Source: Massalongia carnosa (Eukaryota). Taken from it: 64,000 nt of DNA. Each line of letters begins with the position of its first letter. The stretch's first letter is position 1. The notes under the pieces are model-generated. The model did not search any database. It saw only the letters and a program-made list of their open reading frames with translations, and was not told the DNA's origin. The DNA is taken from positions 2,170,001-2,234,000 of the forward strand of contig OZ287070.1 of NCBI GenBank assembly GCA_965645245.1. Direction: 5' to 3'. Positions 1-13,871 of this stretch are shown here, one piece after another. The position numbers were made by a program, and so were the translations under genes.

Positions 1-1
1 T

Positions 2-2614
2 TCTGTTTCACCTACACCTTTTGCTTTGCTCCGCCGTGCCAAGCATTTTGAGTACCGTGACGACGATCGAGCTTTGCAAGAATTTTCCAACTACGACGAT
101 CCTGTGCAGGCGTTGACCGAGGAGTGTCGACGGGTGCTCTACAGTATCTCATCCACAAACCAGTCAACAGTCTCTACCACAAAAGCTTCCACGAGCCTTG
201 GGGATGCGTCTTGGTCACGATTTGAGGATATTGGGTTCGGCGGGTTCGGAGATTATTCTGATCATGAGGATGAGGCAGAAGGCTCTGCCTTGGGGAAAAA
301 ACGCAAAGCACCACCGGGTCTAAGGTCAGCGCCACAGTCCAAGACCCACGATCTTGGCCGCCCAACAACGCCTTCATGGGCCGATTTTCTTTCCTCGGGA
401 TTTGTTGATGAGACCAACAATAGTCGACCGGCACCTCTTCTACTCCCATCGGATAAGATACTCCCACCCATAGACGGTAGACGAGGGCAAAGCTCACAAT
501 CTCACCGTCGTGCTGCAGAAGATGGGTCTAACCTAGAGCCTGGAGAGCTTGCAAGCATCAACAGCATTTACTATGATGATGCTTTCTGGTGGGTCTGGAT
601 AAGTAGTCTTGCCGGCGAGGAGACCACAGAGAGAAAGGCCGTCTTTGGAAGATGTGCATTGATTGAGACGACGATGAAAGGCGGGAAATGGCTTATCATA
701 GAAGAGATTGTCAAGGGTGCAGCGCCAGAGCCAGATCAGGGGGCTTATATCGCAGAAAAGAAGAGCCGATTTGGCTTCAGTAAGAGGGGGAAAGTGACCA
801 GGACGAAATCCATGAGCAGGAAATCAGGGCCTCCACCAATCACGCAGCCATACACACGGAGCAATCAGCCTTCTCCTCTGAGCAAAACTAGTATCGGTCC
901 CGACCAGCATGCACGGATACAAGCTGCCGCAGCGGTGTTGCAACAGAAGCAAAAGCAGCACGAGCGAGATGCCACAGGTCCCCGAAGGGCCAGGATGGAA
1001 GATGCAACATCGACCAAAACGAACAGTGTCTTCACACTGCAACCTGTCATCATGAGCGAAGCAGCTCCTGCGATGAAGTGGGCCAACTCTTATGACAAGG
1101 ATGCAATCCGCGCTGCGTATCTTGGTAATAATTTTACCGGCAAGGGATCTACAACAGACCTACGAGGTCCTGCAGGATTCTCCAACTTCGAAGACCATAA
1201 TGGTTCTATGACACCGATGGCGCCCAATGGGTCTGCTCATAAAAATGGCGGCAACATATACGACCATGGGGGTGGGTTACCTCGGAACGATTCCGGTCTT
1301 ACAGGAAAGGACTTAGCAAAGGACAGAGATTTACCAGCGCTTCCACCGGACATACCTCAACAACCAGTGTCGAATGAAACGGCTACGCAGGCAGCCAAGG
1401 TTCCATTGCCAGCCATCACCCCTATGGAGAATGCTCGTTCATCTGACGTGAAACCACTGTCTCCTACTGGACAATACTTCGCTGGTGTGGATGAGCCATC
1501 GCATAATGTATTAGATGCTTCTGCGCAAGAAGTGACTAATGGCACCGTTTCATCCAACTCTTCACCCGAGAGTAAGAAGGGTAATATGAAGCTCCCTAGA
1601 ACACAAGGTGGTGGATTCAAAGGTTTCTTTGGCAAGAAGAAGACGGGAGCCGCGGTCCCGCCTGCGTCGCCGAAACCTGTGGATAGTACAGCAGTAGCAG
1701 CAGCCCGTGCGGCTTATGTCGGGCCTCAGATGAAGCCAAATTACAATAGTAGCCAAACCACTTTGGGACGTCGCATGTCCCTCATCGGGCGGAAGAAGTC
1801 GCCTCCAGCGCCAGCTATGCCACCTCCGGCGGTAGAACCGGTTCAGGACGCAGAAAATGGAGATACCGCTACGCCAATGCCTATTCCGGCCAACCGTTTC
1901 GGAAGTCACAACGGTTTCGCTGGTTCCCAAATCAGTTTGAACCGTGGCAATACTACCGAAGAGCACCAAGCCAAGCGCGAATTCCGTAGCTTTGACCAAG
2001 GCCCCATGATGGATCAACCAGCGTTTGTCCCCGAAGACTCTCCAGAACAGCAGGTTTCAGACCCTCCTACTCCTATTCCACCGCTACGTCCGAGAATTCC
2101 ACAGCAACGTGAGACAGTCCATATGAAACCACTGCAGGGGCCACAGCAACGTGAGCCAGTTCATATGAAACCACTGCAGGGTCCACAGCAACGTGAGCTA
2201 GTTCCTTCGAAACAACTTCAGGAGCACGAGGTAGATCTTCATAGGCAGCCGGGTGAACGTCTGTTCGTCCCGGAAAGCCGAACCGAGGAACCAGAAGTCT
2301 CCGACTCTGAAGACGATCGTTCCGAGTCCCCTGCTTTGGACCGTTGGGCCCAGATTAGGAAGAATGCGGCCGAACGAGCAGCAAAGGTAAATGAGCAACC
2401 CAAGCGTAGCCATGCCGATGCAACCGACGACGGCGATGCTGATGGCGAGACAAGCGGTGAAGAAAGTAAGTAGTAACTCTAAGTCTGCTGGCTCCAGCCG
2501 CAATGCTGATTTGCTCCTGTAGCCATCGAATCCAGGGTCGCTCGTATCAAAGCCCGCGTTGCCGAGCTGACCGGCAATATAGACGCCTCCAGCGGGAGCC
2601 GCGAACGCATTTAA
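2..2614 (+). CDS. MSB1: Msb1/Mug8-family morphogenesis-related protein, 5' end outside the window
   Basis: Frame open from nt 2 (SVSPTPFALLRRAKHFEYRDDD...ALTEECRRVL, WSRFEDIGF, FWWVWISSLAGEE). GT-AG intron 2466-2522, then last exon TIESRVARIKARVAELTGN... to TAA 2612-2614. Confidence 0.8.
2099..2204 (+). repeat. 42-bp coding tandem repeat, ~2.5 copies (PQQRExVHMKPLQG)
   Basis: ccacagcaacgtgag(a/c)cagt(c/t)catatgaaaccactgcaggg at 2099 and 2141, partial copy at 2183. Confidence 0.95.
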
Positions 2615-4930
2615 TTAATTCATCCTCTTCTTCGGACCTCAGCTTTACCAGTTTTCATTCCCCTTTCCTCGCTTCTTTCTTTTCCTTGGAATTTAGATAC
2701 CCAAGCGCTGCTACACACTCTTAGATCTTGAGACTGAGACTATTTTTCCAGCTTTCTCCTTTTTACGCCAGCAACATACATTATCTTTTCTTTGTCGAGC
2801 CGTTGCATACCTGACACGCTGCACGCCGCCAGCTCATTTCATCGTTGGCTTTCTCATCACCCTTGACTAATATTTTCGAGCCAAGCGAGAATCGTCGGAA
2901 ATCTAGCAGAAATCTGGCTTTGGGCATTTGTGAGGAAACGGGGACCCCTTCTTTTAATAAGACGTGCGAATGGCAATAATCGTAGCTGGACGATAAACAC
3001 ATCATCCTTGGTAGCTAGAGCGGAGGCGAGAGAGACGAAGAAGCCAGGGCAACAGACGGCCCCGGGGGGGTTTATGAGGTGTTTCTTTAATAGAATAAAT
3101 AGTTGCCTTTTGCAATGTGACCTGCTCTTATCTACGAACTTACTCCCTAGCGCATTCCTGAAAACGACCGATGGCATTTTTCCAAGTCATTCACCCCCTT
3201 GTAGACGACAACAACTTCCTTTGCAAAGATCCGCAAGGGGGTCGAGTAACTCACTCGCGCGCAATTTGATTTGGGGGCGAAGAGGGGGGGGGGTTTTAAA
3301 AGTATTTTGCGGTGGATCTAAGTAATGCGATCTATCGCCCGCGAACATATCTACCTATCTAGTTTTTTTTAAATTAGATCAAATTCTCGAGTCGATGGGT
3401 AATCGCTTATCCTTTTTTTTCCCCTCTTCTTTTTTTTTTGGGAAAGGGGGAGGGAGGAGGAGGAGAGAGAGAGAGGAAGAGAGCGAATGCATGTATAACA
3501 CTAATAATAGGTGGGAGGGCTTCGGTGGTTTTATGTACGATACAGCGGTTAATTGGGTTTTTTTTAGGAATGGGATTGATTGAGTATACGGATTTTAGGT
3601 AGGAGCTTAGGAAAAGGGGGGGGGATAAAGGGAGTGGGAGGTTTTCGTGAATGATTTATCTATTCTGGAGTATTTCTGGGTTTCAATGCAAAAGCAAAAA
3701 GGTTCCCGAGTCTATGGACGGAATCTGAGGTCATGCTTCTTCTTGGCCCTCCTTAGGGAACAAACTGGTTGTGGAGGGGGGGGGGGGGGGGGGGGAATGT
3801 AAACGTAGAGTCGAAGAGCGCATTTCCGAACGAGGGACGGAGGGGAGGAGTTTGGAGGCGGCGACGGAAACGGAAACGGAAACGGCTGTTTTTGTGGTTG
3901 TTTGATTTTTCTTTTACGGGCTATGAGATGGGAGATTGGACCTGTTTCATGCGGCTTTACTACTACTATCAGCTGTGAGGTTTGGGTCGGTGTAAGATGA
4001 TGAATCAAATGGGTCTGTTTTTCCGTGAACCGGGGAGAGAGGGTGAGGCGGTCGGGTCAGTCAGTCTGACAGGAGTTGACGAGTATGATGACTGAGGGTC
4101 TGACAGAATCAAAGGGATGGGGGGAGTGGATTGGGTGGGCTGTGGAGTAAGAGCGGTGCTGAATGGAGAGCGATTCGGATGCTCTACTTAGAGTAGTTTT
4201 CTCACGAACCGAGTCGGCGGAAAACGCCAGAGATTTTCGTCGAGGCTCTTTTCTTATCTTGGCACAGCGAGCCGATCATGCGCCGCCTCAGATCGTGGGT
4301 AACGATGAAAGAAACCCATGTCATGAGCAGCGGCCAGTGGCCAGCGGCCAGCGGCAAGCATGACGACAGGCGGCGTGCAGAGAACAGAGTACAGTACAGA
4401 GAGTAAGTTCACTACTGTCCGAGTTCCCAATAATAGCCCCTCGAACCGTTCGGTTGCTAGTCAAAAGGATTTAAGGAATCCCAGAAGTCAGAAAGAGCCG
4501 CATGTACAGAGAGTACCACGGATGGGATTGGGTTCTGGGTTCTGGGGATCGGGGCTCTCCTGGTTGGTTGTTGGATGTGAACCATCCGTACGCTGTATGT
4601 TGTTGCACTCTGTATGTTGTACTCTCCGTATGGTGTTCCTGTGTTCCTTCATGCGCACTGGATCATGCATCACCGCAGTTTACCGTTCGAAGCGCCCTAG
4701 CCACAACGAGCTGCGTGAACTTGCATGCAAGCTGTTCTTTCACACATCGCCGCAGGTCGCTGCACGTCGCACACATCGCGAACACGTTGCACTGCTCCAC
4801 GGGACCGGCTTTCGTGCCTAAGGATCCCTCGAGATGAGTTTTTAGGCGACAGCTTCTTGGCGCGTGCTGATTGGGTGGCAGTCGGTGCCTGTGAGTGAGC
4901 CCATTACAATTCAGAAGGATTTCTCGAGAG

Positions 4931-4932
<2 letters not shown>

Positions 4933-4975
<43 letters not shown>
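4933..4975. repeat. (TC)n microsatellite
   Basis: About 21 uninterrupted TC units. Confidence 0.97.
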
Positions 4976-4977
<2 letters not shown>

Positions 4978-5437
4978 ATGACGAAGGAGATTGGGACATG
5001 ACAGCGGGCATCGAATGACGTTCAGTTGTTCCACGCTTTACTCGAAGTCTCACGTACTCGAGACGTGCTGCGGACCTATTATCGTTTAGAGTTCTCGTCT
5101 TTCTCGTCCGCTGACGTCCTTCTAGAGGGACATGGCATGATTTACGGAGTCTTCTTACCGAGTGTTATGAGTGATTACGATTACTTTCGTACTGGTTCGG
5201 CGTAAGGCTGATGGAAAAAAAGACTGCTAATTAGTTGGTTGGAAAGATTGGATTCGATCAATGAGAGAGAGAGAAGGGCCGTGAGCAAAAGGCGCGAGAT
5301 CCAGCCTGCATGCAGAGTATTATGATTCGTGATTCGTGATTCGTGACGATGGATTCAAGTCATACGCTGTAAAAGATATCCTTACCCTAACCACCCTAAC
5401 CCTCCCTAACCTCCGCCTTCCTCTCTGCCCTCACGAT

Positions 5438-5503
5438 CCACAACCCACAATCCACAATCCACAATCCACAATCCACAATCCACAATCCACAATCCACAAT
5501 CCA
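5438..5503. repeat. (CCACAAT)n heptamer tandem repeat
   Basis: About 9 copies of ccacaat upstream of the MADS-box gene. Confidence 0.93.
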
Positions 5504-6221
5504 CGATGCTCTAAAAGGACTCCCGATGCCTCTCCCCCTTCCCTTCCCTCCCATTTCCCAATTCTGTCGTGAACGACGTCTTTTAGGACTTCGTGTTCCC
5601 GTTGTGTGCGCCCCCAGATGACGAGAAGGAGATTCGAGACCGCGCCAGAAAGGTAATGAGCCCTAATTATCCAACATTTCTCGCTAGATGATTGGAGAGG
5701 AGGCAATCCATCCGGAGATTATGTCACAAATTACCCCCGCAAACGGGTCTATTTATAACAAATCTCTCGAATTAGGGATCCACCAGAGGCGAAGGACGTT
5801 GCGTGGAAAAGCCACCAAAGAAAACCCCAAAGAAAGGCCCACAGAATCCCACGTCCCCCCCCTCCCTTCCTTTCTCAGTCTCTACCTTTCTTCCTCGATT
5901 CTATTTTTGGTCCATCGCACTGATATTTTCCAATTTACCTTCAACCCGCAACCGGTACCTGTCGAGCGGCGATATATATGATTGATCTTCACTGCTCATT
6001 TCCTCAGCCTCTTCACCATTACTGGCAAAGGTTTCTAAACAGTCGCGTCTCCTGGAACGCAGATTGGACCGTCCGGAACCCAGGGCGGGCATCTCGTTCA
6101 CATCCCACCGAGGTCCTCCACTCCCAGCGGTCCTTACTCTTGACCAGCCTTCGCTCTTTTCACATCCATACGACCCTAACCCCCCCTCCCCCCCTCCCCC
6201 CCCCCGTTTTTTGTAGCGATC

Positions 6222-8101
6222 ATGGGCAGAAGGAAGATTGAGATCAAGGCCATCAAGGACGATAGGAACCGCTCGGTGTAAGTGAACCCATCGAGTGCTG
6301 TGATGTTGCAGAGCCGGGGTCCGACCACGGTCGGTCTCATCAGCGCCACGCTGCAATCCTACACCTGGATTCCAGCGCCGACGCTGCCAGACTTTCGTGG
6401 AAATGATGCCAGACTAATCGCTTCTGTAGTACTTTTTTGAAGCGCAAGGGTGGTTTGTTTAAGAAGGCTCACGAGCTTTCCGTTCTCTGTTCGGTCGATG
6501 TCGCGGTAATTATCTTTGGGCACAACAAAAAGTTATACGAGTTTTCTTCCGGTGATATAAACGAAACGATTGGACGATTTCAATATGTAAGCGGGCGAGA
6601 CGACGACGATGCGGTCGCATGTGCTAATCTTGGGTAGTATGGTGGAGCGCATGAACATAAAGGACCCGCCGACTTCAACGGCCGACGTGATTTAGATGAT
6701 GATGATGACGACGATATTGGCACCCCGCCGCTCGACGATCAAATGCCACCCGAGCATCCTCTTCCCTCTCAGCTGCAAAACGCATCTAATTACTCCAATT
6801 TGAGACATGCCACCGCGTCTCCACCGATCGCAAATGGCGTACCGTTCCATCACCGACAGCATACCCCACAACCTCAGATGGGCTCGCGTCCAGCGTCGAG
6901 GAACAACGTGCGCCGGCCCAGCTCCAACCTCGGTCCGCCACAACATCAGCAAGCAAGCCAGCCGCCTCCCGGCCCCAACGGATTTGCGTACATGGCGAAT
7001 CCTCCGGTCTTCAATCCTCATCCAGCCCATGGCATGCCCGTCCCTCCTCATCACGGACCACCGCCCGCCCATCATCCGCAATACTACGGCCAACAGCCGC
7101 CTCAGCATTCCCAGGTGCAACAGGCCTACAGACAAGACCAGAGACCCTCGTCCGTGCCCCCGTCATTCGCTCAGCAAGAAATTTCCCAGCCGCCATCCAT
7201 GTCATCCCCGCCGCAACCTGAACGCGAACAAAGACCGCCAGAAAACCAACCTAATCGTATCCCGAAGCCCCCTCCTGCCAAACGGAGTATATTCACCCCC
7301 ATCGATGACAGCCGATCGCTGCTGGCCCAGCATTGGGGTATTGCCAGCACTACTTCCGAGCCTCGAAGCGAGATTAAGGCGGAAAAAGACGGCCGATCCC
7401 AGTCCGTCGACGTCAACAGCGCGCCACGAGCCAAGCCAGCGGGACCCACGCCACCTCCGCCACGACCGCCACGAGGACCTTTACCACAGCGAACACAATC
7501 CTCTTCATCCCTCGGAGACCGTCAGCCACCATCTCGCACTAATAGCATGCAGCTGGGAGCCAAGCGGCCCCGGCTCAAGGTCCAGATTCCCAGCGAGCAG
7601 TCCGATGGCGGCAGCGCCACGGCTGAATCCTCTCCACGGCAATCCGCAGGTACTGCTGGGGGCACACCAGCCAAAGCCAGCACCGACGCCAGCCACTCCT
7701 CGGGTGTCGTGTTACCTCCGCCTTCCCCCAGCGCCAGTGCCATCCTCAGCGCCGGCGCGCAAGGCCCGCCCAACCCCTTTGCGCGTCCTCATCCTCCGAT
7801 GAACAACGCCAACCCAAACAGCCAAGCGTTCAATAATAACAACATCGAAACCCCCATTTCGGCGCTGCCGTCACGATTTGTAGCCGATGGTCTCCTTCCA
7901 TCTCCATCGTCGTTTTATCCCGAATGGGGTTTTGGTCGATCGGCGGCCGAGGCTAACATGCTGCCGAGCCCTCTGAACTTCCAAACCCCGGTGATGAGCA
8001 ACGGACCAAGTTTCTTGCGAGACGAAGACGGAGAGCGGAAGAGGAAGAGCCCGGAAGGGGACGGGCAAGAGCAGTCGAATTTAAAGCGGGTCAAAACATG
8101 A
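6222..8101 (+). CDS. rlmA: MEF2-type MADS-box transcription factor (RlmA/Rlm1, cell wall integrity)
   Basis: Spliced N-terminus [48 protein letters not shown] (intron 6278-6429, second intron from ~6587). Pro/Gln-rich tail with [10 protein letters not shown] and [12 protein letters not shown]. Confidence 0.93.
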
Positions 8102-9113
8102 TTCCGGTGATTTCAGTAATGTGAGCTACGTTCCATTCATGCACGGAGGAAGGTGTTGCTTTTGTGAGCAGGCAGTTTGGTGGATTTACTTTTGATTTCT
8201 ACGGACAGTTCTTCTCATAGGTTTCATGACCCCACGCATCGTCCTGATACCCTCTTATACTCTCACTCTCTCTTTTGATTATTGTGTGCGACTTTTCATG
8301 TGGGTGCGGGTGTGATGGAATTATTGGCTTTGTTGGCAACGTGGAAGATAGGCGACGTTTGTGTATATGAGTGGCCGGTTTTTGCTCAATTGTATTCACT
8401 TCGATATCGGCGACGCTTTTGGTAGCCCATGCTGGCAGCGACTCCAACTTCGGTGCCGTTGCTGTCGGGAATGCAGAAGTCTGATATGACATGTTTCCAT
8501 GAGGGTGTTGAGAATGGTGGGGTTGCGACATGGAGGTTAAAGGGGGGAAGTTGAAACATCGCAGTTGCAGAGCAAGTGCGATGGGTGCTAGCTAGGTACT
8601 CGAGTACTTGGCGCTCTGTACTCGGGAATCCCCATGCGATACGCGATGACATCATGACTGTTCGATTTGGGGTTAACGAGTTACCGTTTCCGTAAGTGCT
8701 ACCTGTGATTGAAATTACATAATCCGGACGCGTTAATCTCGTTGGAGTGTATCGAACTCATGCCGATTTCCGGAAGCGGATGTCCGGATGGAATTAGCGG
8801 CCTAAACCCCGAGATGCGAAAGATTGCGTCATCTTCGAAACTTGACAGGAATGAAATATTCGTTGATGGAGTGGTGCAGATCATCCTTCGACGCCCACAC
8901 CTTGTCAAGCTTCTCTGTATATATTCTAGCTGCGCTGTACGGCGTGTTTTTCCGAAGGCGGTAGTATCATGGCTTCTTAATCGATTGATTCCACCTCTCT
9001 ACTCAAATTTGAAGAGCGACAAGCTTTTGCTTTCGCCACCGCTACTACCTCGCCACATAGCGGGGATAGTTCGTGATCTCGTTGCATTCAGTCACTATAT
9101 ACAATCTACTGCC

Positions 9114-11167
9114 ATGGCCAACCTCCACCTGCAACCTTTACAGGCGGATCCTGTGGTAGGCGTGGCCCACGCTGGACCGGCCGCCGAGGTGGATTCGAAG
9201 CCTGCAACTTTGGCAGAAAAGGAGAAAGGCAACGCCTCAAGCGCATCAGCGTCCAATTCATCCGATGTTGTGCTGGAGCCGAAAACACAGCAGCACCCGG
9301 TCGCCCCGGAGCGAAGCAAAGGGAAGGTGGCATTAATCATGGGCGCGCTTTGCGTGAGCTTCACGATCGTCAATCGACCCTGAGGAACACACCGCTAACG
9401 CATGTAGGCAGATCGCTGTCTTCCTCGCGGCACTCGACACGGTGTGTTGCGCTTCCTTGCTTTCGCGGAGGAGGTTACTGAGATCTATGACAGACGATTA
9501 TCACGACGGCAGTACCTACAATCGCTGCTCACTACCATTCCTCGCAGGCCGATTACACATGGGTTGGATCTGCCTATCTCCTTGCCGGCGCGGCTGCGAC
9601 GCCCATATGGGGGAAGCTCAGTGATATTTGGGGTCGTAAGCCTACCTTGCTGGCTGCCAACACGATCTTTTTCGTAGGATCGTTGATCGCGGCGGTGAGC
9701 GTTAGCATCAAGGTGCTCCTTGCTGGCAGAGCGATTCAGGGGATTGGAGGTGGCGGTCTGCTTATCTTGGCCAACATCTGCATTAGTGATCTCTTCAGCA
9801 TGAGGTGGGTCATGTGATTTCCTTGTGCGAGGAGCACGCTGATGGAGACGTTTCAGAGATCGTGGGAAATATTTTGGAATGCTTGGTGGTGTCTGGGGGG
9901 TTGCCAGCGCAATAGGGCCAGTGCTTGGCGGTGTTTTTACAGAGAAGGTCTCGTGGCGTTGGTGTTTTTACATCAACCGTAAGTCCTCCGATCCTTTTAC
10001 CGCTATTCCCCTCATCTGGACCTAGTACCCTTCGACGGGCTTGCTTTTGCAATCATTCTTTTCCTCCTCGACATTGAAACACCCAAAACGCCGTTGCTGG
10101 CGGGTCTCAAGGCTATCGACTGGGTAGGATGCATCACCATCGTTGGTGGAACCGTCATGTTCCTCCTTGGCCTCGAGTATGGCGGCGTCACACATCCGTG
10201 GGATTCGGCCATCGTTGTTTGTCTGATCGTGTTTGGACTTTTCGCCATTGGCCTCTTCTTCCTCAACGAATGGAAATGGGCCAAATACCCCATCATGCCT
10301 CTGCGCATCTTCAAATACCGCTCCAACATCGCCTCGCTAGGGGTCTGCTTCACCCATGGCATGGTCTTCATCGGCGGCGTCTTCTTCCTCCCGCTCTACT
10401 TCCAAGCCGTCTTCGGTGCCACCCCCATCCTCTCGGGCGTCTATCTCATGCCGTTCGTTCTCTCCCTCTCGCTCGCTTCCGTCGTGGTGGGCGTCATCAT
10501 CAAAAAAACCGGTCAGTACCTTCCGCCCATCTGGGTGGGTTCTCTCGTCCTCACACTCGGCATCGGCCTCTTTATCGACCTTCCCGACAGCCGTCGTTCC
10601 TGGGCCCGCATCATCTGCTACCAAATCATTGCCGGCCTTGGTGCCGGACCCCTTTTTCAAGCTCCTCTCCTTGCGCTGCAAACGAAGATTCACCCCAAGG
10701 ACATCGCCGCCGCGACCGCTACTTTTGGCTTCACCCGGCAGCTCGCGACCTCGGTCTCCGTGGTCATCGGTGGCGTCATCTTCCAGAACGGCATGCACAA
10801 ACGCCAACCCTCCCTCCGCGCCTCCCTCGGCGCCCACATCGCCGCGGAGCTCGGCGGCGTCGGCGCAGGCGCTAGCACCGCCACCGTGGCCGCCCTCCCG
10901 CCCGCGGCGAAATCCGTCGTCACGAGAGCGTATACGGACAGCCTGAAGATCATGTGGGTGTTTTACGTGTGCATAGCGGCGGTCGAGGTGGCGATTTCGC
11001 TAGCGATTAGCAAGCAGAAGCTCAGCAGGGCACACGAGGTGCAGAAGACGGGGCTCGCCGAGCAGGAGCGCGCGAGACGGGAACGGAAGAGCGAGGAGCG
11101 CGCAAAGAAAGGGGGGGGGATGAGTGCGGATGCGGCCGAGAAGTTAAAGAGCGAGGGGAGAGTATAG
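9114..11167 (+). CDS. MFS drug:H+ antiporter (DHA2/14-TMS type)
   Basis: Multi-exon. Motifs [49 protein letters not shown]; 357-aa hydrophobic last exon ends at 11167. Confidence 0.9.
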
Positions 11168-11492
11168 AGCGGGGGGTTTTGGGGAGTTTTTCGTGGATGA
11201 ACACGGCGGCATGGAGTGCCTACGGGGATTGAGAGCCAGAGAGAGGTTCTCATTCGCCCGCGGGAGGGGGGGGGGGGCGGAGCCTCTACATGTATCTATA
11301 GCATCAGAACCTCCTCATCTCATCCCATACATCTCATCGGCATCAGCGCCCTTTGATGTACATACCATATCCCCAACCAAGATCCCGTCAAACCATCTTG
11401 TTTCGTTTTATTTTATTTTTATTCGGTTCGCTCCTCCCCCCCTCCTATTTTTCTAAGTTTTTTTTAGTCTTCCCCCATTCTTTTCGTCTCTA

Positions 11493-11694
11493 TCATTCAT
11501 TCATTCATTCATTCATTCATTCATTCATTCATTCATTCATTCATTCCTTCCTTCGCTTTATCTTCTTCTTCTTCTTCTTCTTCTTCTTCTTCTTCTCCTT
11601 CCCGCCCCGCCCCGTCTTTTTCTCTCCCTCTATTCATAGCATAGCACGTCACATACACATAGACGTATCTATTCTATTCTATTCTATTCTATTC

Positions 11695-11728
<34 letters not shown>

Positions 11729-12186
11729 AACCCCCCCCCCCCCCCCCTTTTTTTTGGAAGATCCAAAAATATATATATATATATATCTACAAAAACAAAA
11801 ACAAAATACTATGTATGTGTGATATACGTCCGAAAGCCTTTCGGCGGAGTATGTGAGAGCGAGCGCGACGGAGATTGTAGTATGGGTGGAAGTTTTTGTT
11901 AGTAGTAGTAGTAGTAGTATTGTTGTTGTTGTTGTTGTTGTTGTTGATATTTCTTCTAAAAGGATGGAAGGGGGGGGGGGGGGGGGGGGGGGTAAATCGA
12001 CAAGGTTTGGAAGATGGGGAAAATGTAGTTCAGTCCCGGTCCAGTTGCTATCAGGATCAGGATTATCAATAATAGTAATAACAATAACACCAGCAAGCTC
12101 GGGAATATATACATACAACAACTACTCAAGAGAATCGGGGTCTTGAGGGGGAGAAGAAAAAAAAAAAAAGAGAGAGAGAGAGAGAG
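11493..12186. repeat. Dense compound microsatellite/homopolymer cluster between convergent genes
   Basis: (ATTC)n, (TTC)n, (CTATT)n, (CA)n, polyC/polyT, (TA)n, (TAG)n, (TTG)n, polyG, polyA and (AG)n within ~700 bp. Confidence 0.95.
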
Positions 12187-12661
12187 CCTATTTATTCACG
12201 CAAAAGAGGTTGGATGGATGGATGATTGATGAATGGATAGGGATATAAAGGGGGTGGGTACTCTGACTAAAACCAGATTCCGGTTTTCTCTTTCTAGCTT
12301 TTTTCAAAAAAGAAAATACAAAAACTAAAGGAAAAAAACGAGGAACCGAAACATGAAAATCATAAAACATATCTTGTTGCAGCGCATTGCTTCCGTTTAC
12401 ATCATCGCGGGTATCGTCATTTTAAGGAAATTATGATCATGATCCCTTGGTCTATATAATTCTCCCATCGAGGACCCTCTTCCCCCTCATGTCACAGGAA
12501 GGGAATAAAATGAACCCATGCACGCCATCCTTGTGCGCTGTGGCTAACCTATCGAGTCGCAAATGCTTTGGATTGAAATGTCCACGGGAGAAGATTTCAT
12601 TCCATGAGTTTTTGAAGTCTAGTATGGTGGTTGGTGGTTTAGGTGGGAGGAGAGGATGTGT

Positions 12662-13871
12662 TTAGCGTTGAAGAATTATTTCTATCATGAATCTTAGAAC
12701 ATCCTGCAGCCGGCCCGGAAAAAGAACTTAATGAAACCAAACCTACCAGTCAAAAACTCCTCAAAACTCAGCGTGATATACCCGTCCCGGTCGTCATCGT
12801 ATCTCTTGAAAACATCCGTCATGCGCTTCAGAACGATGCAGCTCTGCACGAACAGATCAAAACTCATGTTGTTGCTGCCGCTCTTGTCGTAGGTGCGAAA
12901 CAGCAGATTGACAAAGTTGGGCGACAGCCGGTAGCCGAAGGCGACAAGAGCCTTGGTGTACTCGTTGAAGCAGATATAGCCGCTTCTGTCCTCGTCGAAA
13001 CGGTCAAAGAGGCCGCGCCAGGCGGCGAGAAAGCCCCAGAGTCCGCTGAACCGAACGCAAGATTTTAGCCCTCAACTCATCAAGGACAAGGAGGTGGCGC
13101 TTAGCTCACCAGAATTCATCGAAGCCAATCGTCCCGCTCTTATCCGTATCGAACATCCGAATCATCATCTTAACTGTATACGGGTCAAACGCCGTCCAAT
13201 CACCGTTCACCAACGCAGCCTTAAGTTCCGTCTCCGAAAGCTGCCCAGTACCCGTCTTGTCGACAGCTTTGAAAAGCGGGAACAGCGACGCGTCCGCGCT
13301 GCTGCTGCGGCCCGGCGCAGGTGTCGGCGGCGGTCGAGAAAGGGGCGAGGAGCGGCCGTGAGGGTTTTGGGGAGGTGGGCCGGAGCCATGGTTCTGCGGA
13401 GGAGGGGAAGCGGGGTTGTGGTGATTAGTGCCATAGGAGGTGTTGTTATAAGTGGTGGTGGGTGGAGGGCGGTTGTTGTAGGATTGAGGCGGTGCCTGTT
13501 GGAAATATTGGGGCATGGGAGGGGGGGGTTTGCTTTGATAGGAGGAGAGTAGGGTGTTGTTGCCGTACGTTTGGTGCGGGTTGGAGATGGAGGATCGGTG
13601 GGGTTGCGGAACTGAGGTTTGTCGCTGTTGTTGTTGCGCCGGGAACAGCGGCCGCTGTTGCTGTTGCTGAGACAAAAGGATTTGCGCAGCCTGAGAGTAT
13701 CAATCAGTTGTGGTTGCTCTTGAATCTGTCGTGTTGGATAGTCACCTGTTCCGGTTCGGCGTGCCTAAAACCTACTGTCAGCCTTCTCGGTTCGACTGAT
13801 TGTACATAAAATTTCAACAACTGCACCTACGCTGGAAGTGCATCAGGGTTGTAGCCACTATTGTACGCCAT
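12662..13871 (-). CDS. pef1: Penta-EF-hand protein (peflin/ALG-2-like)
   Basis: Spliced MAYNSGYNPDALP|AHAEPEQ|AAQILLSQQQ..., Pro-rich N-terminus, EF-hands DKTGTGQLSETEL, DTDKSGTIGFDEF, DEDRSGYICFNEY, DDDRDGYITLSFEEF; last exon EIILQR*. Confidence 0.93.

Noticed and set aside
5382..5411. CCCTAA/TTAGGG telomere-like motifs (also ~59880-59915 and ~62543)
   Set aside because: Few, interrupted copies; not a telomere or a convincing interstitial array.
8709..9113. N-terminal extension of the MFS ORF from a TTG start
   Set aside because: Non-ATG start and no transporter-like features; ATG 9114 has a good context.
6807..10946. Long alternative-frame and antisense ORFs over rlmA and the MFS gene (also over PDI and ALA1)
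   Set aside because: Expected shadows of GC-rich, codon-biased coding sequence; no recognisable motifs.
11353..12146. ORFs with poly-F/V/T/P/G tracts
   Set aside because: Translations of microsatellites.
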